DNA of 62,192 nt from a bacterium (GCA_046735355.1 JBKPTC010000073.1:1-62192); one strand, 5' to 3'. Numbered from the stretch's first letter, positions 42,175 to 51,712 are shown. The notes: a model not told the origin generated them from the letters alone. A program made the numbers and translations.

Positions 42175-44349
42175 TCAGACGACCTGGAGGTGGCTCCGGC
42201 CGGAATCCGTCGGCTTGAACACGTCGGAGGCCGACGCGGTCGTCACGATCGCCGCCGAGCCGCCGCGCGCCTCGGCCCAGCGCGTCAGGTCGACGGCGGG
42301 GAGCGGCCTGGACAGCTCGAACCCCTGCGCCACGTCGCAGCGGATCGCCTCGAGCATGCCCAGCGTCTCACCGTCCTCGACTCCCTCCGCGACGACGCGA
42401 AGGCCGAGGTTCCGGCCGAGCTCGACCGTCGCCGCGACGATCATCGCGTCGTTGGGGTCCTCGCGCATGTGCTCGACGAACGAGCGATCGACCTTGATCT
42501 CGTGCAACGGAAGCCGCTTGAGGTGCGACAGCGACGAGTACCCGGTGCCGAAGTCGTCGATCGACAGTCGGATGCCCACGCTGGACAGGCGTCCGAGGAC
42601 GCCGATCGAGCGCCCCGAATCGGCCATCAGGAAGCTTTCGGTCAGCTCGAGCGTGAGTCGCGACGGTTCGACGCCCCACCGCTCGAGCAGCTCGGCGATC
42701 TGATCGGGCAGCTGCGGATCCAGCAGGCTCCTCGGCGAGAGGTTGACCGCGACCTGCAGCGGCAACCCCTGGCGCGCCCACTGGTGGGACTGCCGCAGCG
42801 CCTCGTTGATCACGTACGACGTGAACGGCTTCAGCAGCACCGTGCGCTCGACCATCGGGACGAACTCATCCGGCATGACGAGCCCACGGTCGGGATGACG
42901 CCATCGCACGAGCGCCTCGACGCCCTCGACCTTCCCGTCGGCGACGCGGATCTTCGGCTGATAGAACAGCTCGAACTCGCGGTTCTCGATCGCGGGACGA
43001 ACCTGAGCGATCAGCGTCAGGCGGCTCGGGCTGTTGCGGTCGAGCGACGGCGAGTAGACCTCGTAGCCGCTTCCCGCCTCTTTCGCGGCGTACATCGCGA
43101 CGTCCGCTCGGCGCACCAGCGTCTCGACGTCACGGCTGTGCGACGGATACAGGGCGATCCCGATGCTGCCCGAGACGTCGAGCTGCAGCGTCTCGACGGA
43201 GATCGGCCGTTCGAGCTCCTCGAGGATCCGCTCGGCGATCCGGATCGCCGACGTCTCGTCGTCGAGATCCGGCAGCACGAGCCCGAACTCGTCGCCGCCG
43301 AGCCTCGCCATCATGTCGTCGGCGCGGAGCGTGCTCGCCAGACGCGGCCCGATCTGCTGGAGGAGCGCGTCGCCGAAATGATGCCCGAGCGTGTCGTTGA
43401 TCTCCTTGAAGTGATCGAGATCGATAAGCATGACGGCGACGAGCGACGAGCCGTCATGCGCCGCGACGGTGTCGCGGAGCTTTTGCTGGAACAGCACGCG
43501 GTTCGGCAGGTCGGTCAGCGCATCGTGCAGCGCCTGGTACTCGTTCTCCCGTTGCTTGGCGGCCAGCTCGTCGGTCGCGACCTGGAGCGACTGCGTGCGC
43601 GTGAACATCTGCCGCGCGAACGCGAGCGGCGCGATGAACACGGCGATCGACCACGGGCCGATGTTCAGGAACGTCGTCGCGACGATCACGGCGAACAGCG
43701 CGAGCCCCATGTAGCTGACGACGAACTCGCCGAACACGCCGACGTGCATGTCGCGCAGGATGTCGCCGGTGCGCTCGCCGGTGCTGACGTGGAAGTAGCA
43801 GGCGACGAACAGCGCGTTCGCCGAGTATCCGACGAGCGCGGCGAGGAGCACCGCCGGGCCGAGCTCCCACCACGGCGACTGATGACCCGGTGCGATCGAG
43901 GCGATCGCCGAGAAGACGAGGCTCTCGCACACGACCGACCACGCGAGCTGCGCGCGGTTCCACACGCTCTGCGCCAGCGGGATCTCGCGCCTGATCTCGC
44001 GCCAGTCGCTCGCGCCGAGGAACGCGATCGCGGCCGCGACGGGCGCCGGATAGATCAGCGCCACCGACAGCTGCAACGGGAAGCTGAGGCTGAACGGGAA
44101 CCCGATGCCGGTTGGGATCGGCAACAGGTCGACGATGACGATCGCCGCGATCCATTCGAGCAGCAGCGGGCCGGCGAACTTCCCGCCGAGGAACTGCCCG
44201 GGATGGCGGTGCGCCTCGAACGCGATGTAGCCGATGAGCGGAACGACGGTGGCCAGCCGGTACGCCGCGATCGCGACCGGCCGGCGGGACCCGGCCTCGA
44301 GCGCCGCACCCTCGGGCTGCGCGTCGCTCGAACGCCGGTGCAGCGTCAC
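42175..44349 (-). CDS. Multi-pass membrane sensor with GGDEF and EAL domains (c-di-GMP turnover)
   Basis: This is the 3' part of ORF 42175..44970. The GTG at 44349 overlaps the upstream stop (GTGA). About 8 TM helices are followed by LTDLPNRVLF...LIDLDHFKEINDTLGH...RLGGDEFGLVL, then EALVRW...ELTES...SIDDFGTGYSSL...KVDRSF...AEGVE. Confidence 0.85.
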   Translation of the reverse strand: MTLHRRSSDAQPEGAALEAGSRRPVAIAAYRLATVVPLIGYIAFEAHRHPGQFLGGKFAGPLLLEWIAAIVIVDLLPIPTGIGFPFSLSFPLQLSVALIYPAPVAAAIAFLGASDWREIRREIPLAQSVWNRAQLAWSVVCESLVFSAIASIAPGHQSPWWELGPAVLLAALVGYSANALFVACYFHVSTGERTGDILRDMHVGVFGEFVVSYMGLALFAVIVATTFLNIGPWSIAVFIAPLAFARQMFTRTQSLQVATDELAAKQRENEYQALHDALTDLPNRVLFQQKLRDTVAAHDGSSLVAVMLIDLDHFKEINDTLGHHFGDALLQQIGPRLASTLRADDMMARLGGDEFGLVLPDLDDETSAIRIAERILEELERPISVETLQLDVSGSIGIALYPSHSRDVETLVRRADVAMYAAKEAGSGYEVYSPSLDRNSPSRLTLIAQVRPAIENREFELFYQPKIRVADGKVEGVEALVRWRHPDRGLVMPDEFVPMVERTVLLKPFTSYVINEALRQSHQWARQGLPLQVAVNLSPRSLLDPQLPDQIAELLERWGVEPSRLTLELTESFLMADSGRSIGVLGRLSSVGIRLSIDDFGTGYSSLSHLKRLPLHEIKVDRSFVEHMREDPNDAMIVAATVELGRNLGLRVVAEGVEDGETLGMLEAIRCDVAQGFELSRPLPAVDLTRWAEARGGSAAIVTTASASDVFKPTDSGRSHLQVV

Positions 44350-44921
44350 GCCGCGCCTCCGGCCGCGACGACCTCCGTCGCGGGTTCGCCCTCGACGCGG
44401 TCGCGGCGACGCATCCCGGCGACGACGAGCCACACCACGCCGGTGTAGGCGAGGACGTCGCCGAGGCTCACGACCTGCTCGAGCGGCGGAACGGCGATGA
44501 CGTCCGCGAGGAACATCACGTCGTCGCCCGGACCCGCGAGATGGTGCTTGGCTCCCGCGTGCCGGGCGAGCAACGGGAGCGTCGATTCCTGGTGCGACGC
44601 GACGAGCGCCTCGCGCGAGACCGGCATGCCGTGGTTGACGGCGATGACGGTGAAGTTCATCAGGATGCCGATCGTGATCAGCACGAAACCGGGCACGCGC
44701 GCGCGCAGGTTCACGATCGCGAACGCGGTGAGAAGCGCGAAGGAGACGAAGAGCAGGGCGAGCGGCCACATCTTGCCCGGCACCGGCGCCAGTTGCAGTA
44801 CCAGGCCGACGAGCGCGGCGGGCGTCCAGCGAACCTTCAGCGAGGACAGACCCGATGGGCGGCCGCCCGCGATGAGACCGAGGGCGAACGCGAGGACGAT
44901 GGTCGCGAGGATCAGCTTCAT
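44346..44921 (-). CDS. Integral membrane protein, DUF5317-like
   Basis: 191 aa. The N-terminus MKLILATIVLAFALGLIAGGRPSGLSSLKVRW... and several TM helices resemble my recollection of DUF5317, which is unverified. It is translationally coupled to the GGDEF-EAL gene. Confidence 0.55.
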   Translation of the reverse strand: MKLILATIVLAFALGLIAGGRPSGLSSLKVRWTPAALVGLVLQLAPVPGKMWPLALLFVSFALLTAFAIVNLRARVPGFVLITIGILMNFTVIAVNHGMPVSREALVASHQESTLPLLARHAGAKHHLAGPGDDVMFLADVIAVPPLEQVVSLGDVLAYTGVVWLVVAGMRRRDRVEGEPATEVVAAGGAA

Positions 44922-44976
44922 GTGATGAGGATTGGGGTTGGGGACCGGATCGCGTTCCGCGAGCCGTCAAGCGCGT

Positions 44977-45017
44977 CGGCCGCCTCCGGAAGCCGGTGCT
45001 GCCCCCGGAGGCGGCCG
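44977..45017 (-). terminator. Hairpin between the micro-ORFs and the DUF5317-like gene (terminator/attenuator candidate)
   Basis: CGGCCGCCTCCGG (44977-44989) and CCGGAGGCGGCCG (45005-45017) form a perfect 13-bp stem with a 15-nt loop. It starts 14 nt downstream of the stop at 45032. There is no U-tract. Confidence 0.4.
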
Positions 45018-45031
45018 TCGTGACGGTGCTG

Positions 45032-45121
45032 CTACTCCCAGACCTTCCAGCTGGCCCCGAGGGCCATGACGAGAGCGCTCAGCCAGCCGAGGGCGTACAG
45101 AGTACGTCGCACTCGCTGCAC
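45032..45121 (-). CDS. 29-aa hydrophobic micro-protein (candidate), paralog of 45141..45227
   Basis: SD AAGGAGGAACGCC, then GTG. Product: (M)QRVRRTLYALGWLSALVMALGASWKVWE*. Third-position G/C is about 24/29. It is below the ORF-track cutoff. Confidence 0.5.
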   Translation of the reverse strand: MQRVRRTLYALGWLSALVMALGASWKVWE

Positions 45122-45140
45122 GGCGTTCCTCCTTTCCCCC

Positions 45141-45227
45141 TCAGACCTTCCACTTAGCGCCAGCCGCCATGAGCATCGTGGCAAGCGCGGCACCGGAGAT
45201 CAGGATGCGCACGATCTTCGTTCGCAT
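45141..45227 (-). CDS. 28-aa hydrophobic micro-protein (candidate)
   Basis: SD AAGGGAGGTGATGCG, then ATG. Product: MRTKIVRILISGAALATMLMAAGAKWKV*. Third-position G/C is about 23/28. Its stop lies 5 nt upstream of the next micro-ORF's SD. Confidence 0.5.
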   Translation of the reverse strand: MRTKIVRILISGAALATMLMAAGAKWKV

Positions 45228-45366
45228 CGCATCACCTCCCTTTGTCTCCGGGATTGTGCGCGTCGGACGCTCGGGGCACATCGGTCAAGGGGGCACGAAG
45301 TAGGTCGGGCGGGGTCGAGGGAGGAACTCCCCCGGGTCCGACCGGGTGGTAGTCCGAACGACCTAT

Positions 45367-45948
45367 CTACGCGCTCGGCCCGGACCGGTTGTAGCGGTCC
45401 TGCGCCGTCGCGAGGCCATCACGAACGAGGGACACGACGGCGTCGGCGGCGTCGTCGACGAGGATCGCAACCTCGGCCTCCGCCCGCTTGGGAAACGGCT
45501 CGAGGACGAAGTCAACCGGATCCTGCCGCCCGGGCGGGCGCCCGATCCCGATGCGCACCCGATAGAACTCGCGCGTTCGCAGCGCCCGAATCAGCGAATC
45601 GAGCCCGTGGTTCCCGGCCGTCGATCCGCCGATCTTGACGCGGAGCGCTCCGAACGCCAGGTCGAGGTCGTCGTGGACCGCGATCAGATGGTCGGGCGCG
45701 ACGTCGCGCTTGCGTGCCAACGATGCGTACACCTCACCGGTCTCGTTGTAGTACCGGTGCGACTTGCCGAGGAGGAGGCGCTCGCCGGCCTCGGTCGCCT
45801 CGGCGAGGTCGACCGGGACGAACCTAGCCTTCCTGAACCGCTCGCCGGCACGTCTGGCGAGCTCGTCGACGACGCGGTAGCCGAGGTTGTGACGGGTGTT
45901 GGCGTATTCCTGTCCGGGATTGCCGAGGCCGGCGACGATCCACGTCAT
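45367..45948 (-). CDS. pth: Peptidyl-tRNA hydrolase
   Basis: 193 aa. Contains VAGLGNPGQEYANTRHNLGY, VHDDLDL and GGSTAGNHGLDS. Confidence 0.9.
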   Translation of the reverse strand: MTWIVAGLGNPGQEYANTRHNLGYRVVDELARRAGERFRKARFVPVDLAEATEAGERLLLGKSHRYYNETGEVYASLARKRDVAPDHLIAVHDDLDLAFGALRVKIGGSTAGNHGLDSLIRALRTREFYRVRIGIGRPPGRQDPVDFVLEPFPKRAEAEVAILVDDAADAVVSLVRDGLATAQDRYNRSGPSA

Positions 45949-45993
45949 CGCGAGAGCGTGGCCGGCGGGCTCCCGAACGGGCCCACCGTTCGC

Positions 45994-46653
45994 CTACTCC
46001 TCGGTCTGCTCGGCGGCGTTCTCCGCCTCGTCGGCCGTCGCGCCCTCGGCCTCCTCGGCCGCGACCTCGCCCTCGGCGCCCTCGGCCGCGACCTCGCGAG
46101 CCTGCGGCGGCACGACCGCGGCGATCGTCTCCTCGGCCGGCGTCAGCACGGTGACGGTGCCCGGGATCTTGAGGTCCGCCACGCGGAGCGAGTCGTTCAC
46201 GTCGAGCGCCGAGATGTCGGCCTCGATCGCATCGGGAAGGTCCTGCGGCAGGCACTCGACGTGCAGGTCCCACAGGTGATGCTCCAGGACCCCGCCCGAC
46301 TTGACGCCGGCCGATTCGCCGACAAGGTGGATCGGAACGTCGACCGTAACCTTCTCGTCGCGGCGCACCTCGAGGAAGTCGACGTGGAGGTACTGCCCGC
46401 GGACGTGGTCGCGCTGGATCTCGCGCGGCATCGCCATCGTGTTCTTGCCATCGACGACCAGGTCGATCAGCACGTTGCCGCCGGCCGCGCCGTGCAGCAG
46501 ATGGAACAGCTCCTTGCCGTCGACCGAGAGGGCTTGCGCCTGCTTGCCGTGGCCGTAGAGCACCGCGGGCACGCGCCCGCTCGCGCGGAGCTTCCGCGCG
46601 ACCCCCTTGCCCGCGTCGTTCCGGGGCTCTGCCTTCAGCTGCTGATCGGCCAT
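45994..46653 (-). CDS. rplY: 50S ribosomal protein L25/general stress protein Ctc
   Basis: This is the 3' part of ORF 45994..46932. The ATG at 46653 has the SD AAGAGGGAA. Product: MADQQLKAEPRNDAGKGVARKLRASGRVPAVLYGHG...QRDHVRGQYLHVDF, with an acidic Ala/Glu-rich tail. Confidence 0.9.
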   Translation of the reverse strand: MADQQLKAEPRNDAGKGVARKLRASGRVPAVLYGHGKQAQALSVDGKELFHLLHGAAGGNVLIDLVVDGKNTMAMPREIQRDHVRGQYLHVDFLEVRRDEKVTVDVPIHLVGESAGVKSGGVLEHHLWDLHVECLPQDLPDAIEADISALDVNDSLRVADLKIPGTVTVLTPAEETIAAVVPPQAREVAAEGAEGEVAAEEAEGATADEAENAAEQTEE

Positions 46654-47002
46654 CGTCGAGTTCCCTCTTCGTGTGGGGGTCGTGCGGCCGACGCCGGTCG
46701 GCCTCGGTGCCGAATCGTACCAATGGCCTGCGCGGACGACCGAGGCGATCGTGGCGACCGATACCTCCGGACGTCCGTGTGCGCCTGGAGAAGACGGAGC
46801 CGGCGCCGGGAGCCATCGGCCACCGTGACCCGGACCGGTCTCGGTGATCCAGCCCCGCCGCGGCCGTCCGCCGGGTCGACGTCCGTCCCTGGGGCGCAAG
46901 GAGTTTCGGCGCGGCCGTTTCCGACGATCCATCGGACGAGCGGGCGGAATTCGCCGAACAACTCCATTTCATGCCCGATCGGGAGTACCGTGCCGGGCCA
47001 TC

Positions 47003-48316
47003 ATGAGAAATCTTCGACGACGTCCGCTGCTCCTCGCCGCCATCGCGGCGGCAACGTTCGCGGCCGGTGCGCCCGCCTCGGCCGTCGGCATCTCCGACAA
47101 CCCACAGCCGACGTGGCAGACGGTCGGCTCGCTCGACGCGCAGGGCCGGAACCTCGAGGGTCGCGTCGAGGCGATCGTGTACGGCCGAGGCGCGAGCGGC
47201 GGCCGCGTGTTCATCGGCGGCGACTTCACCGCGATGCAGCCGCCCGCGTCCTCGGGGGGGAGCAACGTGACGCGCCTGCATCTCGCGGCCCTGCGAAGCA
47301 AGCGCGGAACGCTCATCACGTCCTGGCGGGTCCCCGTCCGCTCCGCCGCGGGCGACGCGCGCGTGAGCGCACTGACGCTCTCGCCGAACGGCAAGGTTCT
47401 GTACGTCGGCGGACGCTTCGACCGGATCGGCCGGAAGGCGCGCTCGAACGTCGCCGCGCTCAACGCGTCGACGGGCCGCGTGCTGCGCTGGCATCCGTCC
47501 GCGAGCCGGGGCGTCCACGCGATCGTGGCCGCTCGGAGCGGCGTCGTCTATCTCGGCGGCACGTTCGCCAGCGTGAACGGCGCTCCCAGGCAACGGCTCG
47601 CGGCCGTTCGCGCGTCCACGGGGGCGGTCGTTCAGGGATGGGCGCCGTCGGTCGCTCAGGTCGCGGGCTCCTGCCCGCCGCGGTGCGCGGTCGAGGTCAA
47701 CGCGCTGATGCTCTCGGCCGACGGCGACGCGCTGTACGTCGGCGGCTCGTTCGCACACGTCGACGCGGCCAACCGCAACTCCGCCGCGGCGGTGTCGACG
47801 AGCACCGGCCACGTGCTCCGGTGGAACCCCGACGTGTTCAGCACGCAGCAGGCGTCGCTCAACACGGTGCACGACCTGCAGCGGATCGGAAAGCGGATCA
47901 TCGTGTGCGGCGACTTCGAGACCATCAACGCGGCTCGGTCTCCGTTCGTCTCGCCGAACATCGCCGCGGTCGATCGAAGGCGCGGCAACGCCGTGTCCCG
48001 GTTCAACCTCGCGACGGACGGGTCGGTCAACGCGTGCGAGTACCACGGGAAGGCGAGGCTCTTGTTCCTCGGCGGGCACTTCGACCACGCCGGACGCCGA
48101 GGCGCCGTGGTCGGCGGCACCGCGCCGACGCGGCACCACATCGCGGCGTCGCTCGGGCGAGCGGGGACGCTGTACGGGTGGTCTCCGACCGCGAACAGCA
48201 CGGCGGGCGTCTACGCGGTCGGCGTGACCAAGACGAGGGTCGGGTTCGGCGGCGACTTCACGACGATCGACGGCAACCCGCAGACCGGCTTCGCCCAGTT
48301 CCGGGTCGCCCTCTGA
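47003..48316 (+). CDS. Secreted beta-propeller repeat protein, paralog of 3600..4895
   Basis: Part of ORF 46844..48316, with an ATG at 47003. The signal peptide is MRNLRRRPLLLAAIAAATFAAGAPASA. It shares these blocks with the 3600 gene: WAPSVAQVAGSCPPRCAVEV vs WAPRIGQVSGFACPPRCAAKV; NRNSAAAV vs SRNSAAAV; GGDFTTIDG..QTGFAQF vs GGDFTRIGG..QEGFAQF. Confidence 0.65.
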   Translation: MRNLRRRPLLLAAIAAATFAAGAPASAVGISDNPQPTWQTVGSLDAQGRNLEGRVEAIVYGRGASGGRVFIGGDFTAMQPPASSGGSNVTRLHLAALRSKRGTLITSWRVPVRSAAGDARVSALTLSPNGKVLYVGGRFDRIGRKARSNVAALNASTGRVLRWHPSASRGVHAIVAARSGVVYLGGTFASVNGAPRQRLAAVRASTGAVVQGWAPSVAQVAGSCPPRCAVEVNALMLSADGDALYVGGSFAHVDAANRNSAAAVSTSTGHVLRWNPDVFSTQQASLNTVHDLQRIGKRIIVCGDFETINAARSPFVSPNIAAVDRRRGNAVSRFNLATDGSVNACEYHGKARLLFLGGHFDHAGRRGAVVGGTAPTRHHIAASLGRAGTLYGWSPTANSTAGVYAVGVTKTRVGFGGDFTTIDGNPQTGFAQFRVAL

Positions 48317-48334
48317 GGCCGACGCGGACGACCG

Positions 48335-49315
48335 CTACAGCTGGTTGTCGCCGCGGAAGATCTCGCTGACGCTGGTGTCCTCGAACACCGCTCGGAGCGC
48401 GGACGCGATAAGCGGCGCGATCGACAGCACCTTCAGCTTGCCGAACTGCTTCTCCTCCGGGATCGGCATCGTGTTGGTGACGACCACCTCCCGGATCGGC
48501 GACTCCTCGAGGAGCTGGACGGCCTTCCCCGACAGGATGGGGTGCGTCGCGGCCGCGTAGATCGGGCCGCCGCCCTGCTGTGCGAGCGCGGTCGCGCCCT
48601 TCGCGACCGTGCCGGCCGTGTCGATCATGTCGTCGACGAGGATGCACGGACGCCCGTCGACCTCACCGACCACCGCCATCTCGTCGATCTTGTTGGCCTC
48701 GTACCGAGAGCGACGCTTGTACAGGAACGCGAGGTCGGCGTGGAGGTATTCGCGCAGACGCTCTGCCGTCTTGATCCGCCCGGCGTCGGGAGCCACCACG
48801 ACCAGATCGCCGTTGTACAGCCCGAGATCCTTCGAGACGTAGTCCGACAGGATGGGGAGCGCGGTGAGGTGGTCGAACGGGAAGTCGAAGTACCCCTGGA
48901 TCTGCCCGCTGTGCAGGTCGACGGACACGACGCGGTCGGCGCCGGCGACCGAGATCATGTCGGCGAGCAGCTTGGCCGAGATCGGCTCGCGCGCGAGGCC
49001 CTTCTTGTCCTGCCGCGAATAGCCGTAGTACGGGATCACGGCGGTGATGCGCTTGGCCGACGCGCGCTTCATCGCGTCGATCATCACGAGCTGCTCCATG
49101 ATCGCTTCGTTCACGGGCTCCGCGTGCGTCTGTACGACGAAGACGTCGCAGCCGCGGACGCTCTCTTCTGAGCGGAAGTACGTCTCGCTCGACGCGAACC
49201 GGCGCAGCACCGCCGGCGCGACCTCGATGCCGAGATGCCGTGCGATCTCGTCGGCGAGCTCGGGATGCGTGCCGCCCGAGAACAGCAGCATCTTCTTCTT
49301 GGTGACGATCTCCAC
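48335..49315 (-). CDS. prs: Ribose-phosphate pyrophosphokinase
   Basis: This is the 3' part of ORF 48335..50617. The GTG at 49315 overlaps the glmU TAG by 1 nt; an ATG at 49291 is an alternative start. Contains VIPYYGYSRQDKK, HSGQIQGYF and ILVDDMIDTAGT. Confidence 0.9.
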   Translation of the reverse strand: MEIVTKKKMLLFSGGTHPELADEIARHLGIEVAPAVLRRFASSETYFRSEESVRGCDVFVVQTHAEPVNEAIMEQLVMIDAMKRASAKRITAVIPYYGYSRQDKKGLAREPISAKLLADMISVAGADRVVSVDLHSGQIQGYFDFPFDHLTALPILSDYVSKDLGLYNGDLVVVAPDAGRIKTAERLREYLHADLAFLYKRRSRYEANKIDEMAVVGEVDGRPCILVDDMIDTAGTVAKGATALAQQGGGPIYAAATHPILSGKAVQLLEESPIREVVVTNTMPIPEEKQFGKLKVLSIAPLIASALRAVFEDTSVSEIFRGDNQL

Positions 49316-50829
49316 TACCGCGCCCCCCCGTGCGAACCCTTCCCCTTGACCGTGCGCGATCCGCTCGACGCCGACCCGCTGCCCCGCGGCTTCTTGACCG
49401 ACCGCCGCGCCGGCCGCTCGGCCGTTCCGGCCGTCGCGTGCTCCGCCTCCTTGCGGTCGCGGTACCCCTCGATGATCCGCTGCTCCGAGCGTTCGACGGC
49501 GAGCGCGCCCGCCGGAACGTCCTTCGTGATGACCGATCCAGCCCCCGTCTGCGCGCCTCGACCGATCCGAACGGGCGCGACGAGCATCGTATCCGAGCCG
49601 ACCTTCGCCTCGTCCTCGACCACGGTCTCGTGCTTGCGGTAGCCGTCGTAGTTCACCGTCACGGTGCCGGCGCCGAGGTTCGCGCGCCGTCCGATCATCG
49701 CGTTCCCGACGTACGTCAGATGCTTCGCCTTGGCGCCGCGCCCGAGCGTCGAGTCCTTCACCTCGACGAAGTTGCCGACCACGCTGTCGTCCTCGAGCAC
49801 CGCGTCGCGACGCAGATGCGCGAAGGGGCCGACGGACGCGCGCTCGCCGATCCTGGCGTGTTCGATCACCGAGAACTCGACGTGCGCGGCGTCGTCGATC
49901 ACCGAGTCGACGATCCGAGCGGACGGCCCGATCGTCGCGCCCGCCCCGACCGAGGTCGATCCCTCGAGGAAGGTGTTCGGCAGGAGCGTCGTGTCGGCGC
50001 CGATGCGGACCTCCGCGTCGACGTACGTCGACGCGGGATCGGCGATCGAGACGCCGTCGTCCATGAGGCGCTCGAGGATCCGCCCGCGGAGCAGCGCGCC
50101 GAGCCGTGCGAGATCGGCCCGTGAGTTCGGTCCCATCATGCCGCCCGTCTCGACCTTGAGGGCCGACACGCGCTCGCCCTTGTCCATCAGGATCGGGAAC
50201 ACGGCGTTCAGGTAGTACTCGTGCTGGCGGTTGTCGCGCCCGACGAGCGGAAGCGCCTTGTACAGGTCCTCGCGACGGAAGGCGAACACGAGCGCGGAGA
50301 CCTCGCGGAGCGCGAGCAGCTCGGGTGGCGCGTCGGCGCCCTCGACGATCTCGAGCAGCCGGGTTCCGTCGCGGACGATGCGGGCGTAGCCACCCGGCTC
50401 GTCGACGTCGGCCGTCAGGATCGAGGCGGCCGAGGCCGTCCGGCGGTGCGTGCGCAACAGCGCGCGAACGTCGTCGGGCGCGACCGGGTCGAAGTCGCCG
50501 CCGACGACCAGCACCTGGTCGGCCTTGCCGACGGCCTTCTCGGCGGCGAGGACGGCGTGGCCGGTGCCGAGCGCGTCGCCTTGAAGAACGAACGCCGGCT
50601 CCGGCTTCAGCCCCCACGAGCGCACCTCCTGCTCGACACGATCGGCACCGTTGCCGAGGACGAAGACGAGCGACGACGGCTTGGCGGCGAGCGCGTTCCG
50701 GGTCGCGTGCCAGAGCAGGGGGCGACCGACGACCGGGTGCAGGACCTTCGGGGTGCCCGACTTCAGGCGCTTGCCCTTGCCGGCGGCCAGGACGACGGCG
50801 GCGAGCGAGCGCTTCGAGCTGGAAGCCAC
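49315..50829 (-). CDS. glmU: Bifunctional UDP-N-acetylglucosamine pyrophosphorylase / glucosamine-1-phosphate N-acetyltransferase
   Basis: Part of ORF 49315..50934, with a GTG at 50829. Contains AVVLAAGKGKRLKS..PKVLHPV and a left-handed beta-helix region (hexapeptide repeats, NYDG..KH.T). It ends in a basic tail of about 50 aa. Confidence 0.9.
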   Translation of the reverse strand: MASSSKRSLAAVVLAAGKGKRLKSGTPKVLHPVVGRPLLWHATRNALAAKPSSLVFVLGNGADRVEQEVRSWGLKPEPAFVLQGDALGTGHAVLAAEKAVGKADQVLVVGGDFDPVAPDDVRALLRTHRRTASAASILTADVDEPGGYARIVRDGTRLLEIVEGADAPPELLALREVSALVFAFRREDLYKALPLVGRDNRQHEYYLNAVFPILMDKGERVSALKVETGGMMGPNSRADLARLGALLRGRILERLMDDGVSIADPASTYVDAEVRIGADTTLLPNTFLEGSTSVGAGATIGPSARIVDSVIDDAAHVEFSVIEHARIGERASVGPFAHLRRDAVLEDDSVVGNFVEVKDSTLGRGAKAKHLTYVGNAMIGRRANLGAGTVTVNYDGYRKHETVVEDEAKVGSDTMLVAPVRIGRGAQTGAGSVITKDVPAGALAVERSEQRIIEGYRDRKEAEHATAGTAERPARRSVKKPRGSGSASSGSRTVKGKGSHGGAR

Positions 50830-50923
50830 GCGGTTCCTTCGGGTCGACGGCACATCTTTGTACCCGCCTCGGCCCCGCCCGGCAACGCCACGGGTGAGCG
50901 TCACGACGGACGGACGCTTGGGG

Positions 50924-51487
50924 CTACCGCGCAACGCGGTAGCGCAGGTAGACGAATCTCGAGCTGAACGTGCGCGTCTCGACGAGATCGAGATCCACCC
51001 GGCGCTCGCGCCGGGGGAAGTACGGGATGCCGCCGCCGACCAGCACCGGGTGGACCATGACGCGGTACTCGTCGATCAGACCCAACTCGGCCGCCTCGGC
51101 GGCGAGCGTCGCGCCGCCGATCGCGATGTCGCCCTCCTCCGGCTCGGCTCGCAACCGCTCGATCTCCTGCGCAAGGCCGCCGGAGGCCAGGCGGGCGTTC
51201 CCCTGGACCGCCGACAGCGTGGTGGAGAACACCACCTTCGGGAGCGGATTCCAAAGCGAGGCCCACTCGAGCTCCGCGTCGTCGAGCGATGGATCCTGCT
51301 CGGCAGTCTCCCAATACAGCATGGTCTCGTACAGCCGTCGTCCCATCAGGTGGACGCCGACGTCTCGTATCTCATCGATCCAGAACCGAAAGACGTCCGG
51401 GTCGGGCACCGTCCAGTCGAAACGGCCGTCCGGCCCGACGATGTAGCCATCGAGTGAGGCGCTCATGGAGTAGGTCACGCTGCGCAT
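50924..51487 (-). CDS. Dihydrofolate reductase family protein (RibD C-terminal domain type)
   Basis: Part of ORF 50924..51583. The ATG at 51487 has the SD GAGGAGGAGGTGTG. Product: MRSVTYSMSASLDGYIVGPDGRFDW...HLMGRRLYE...GGATLAAEAAELGLIDEYRVMVHPVLVGGG. Confidence 0.75.
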   Translation of the reverse strand: MRSVTYSMSASLDGYIVGPDGRFDWTVPDPDVFRFWIDEIRDVGVHLMGRRLYETMLYWETAEQDPSLDDAELEWASLWNPLPKVVFSTTLSAVQGNARLASGGLAQEIERLRAEPEEGDIAIGGATLAAEAAELGLIDEYRVMVHPVLVGGGIPYFPRRERRVDLDLVETRTFSSRFVYLRYRVAR

Positions 51488-51712
51488 CACACCTCCTCCT
51501 CGCGATCCGGCTCGACCGGACCGACGTTTACGCGCTCGCTCGAGCCCGTCCGTCGGTGTACATGGGGGGCACGCTCGCCCCACGGCGAACCGCTGTCAAC
51601 GTCGAGCCGGTGAACCCGAGTAGCCATGTGCACGAGCGCAACACGGCCGGCCGCGTCAGTGCGTCTGCGTCTGCTCGTACGATGCTCCTCGCCGGACCAC
51701 CTGGAGGCGCGC

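Noticed and set aside
45228-45366. Possible c-di-GMP riboswitch or clear promoter upstream of the micro-ORFs.
   Set aside because: There are no GEMM-like GCAAA/ACGCAAAGC blocks. A TTGACC...CACAAT pair exists, but with a ~24-nt spacer that is too long for a standard promoter.
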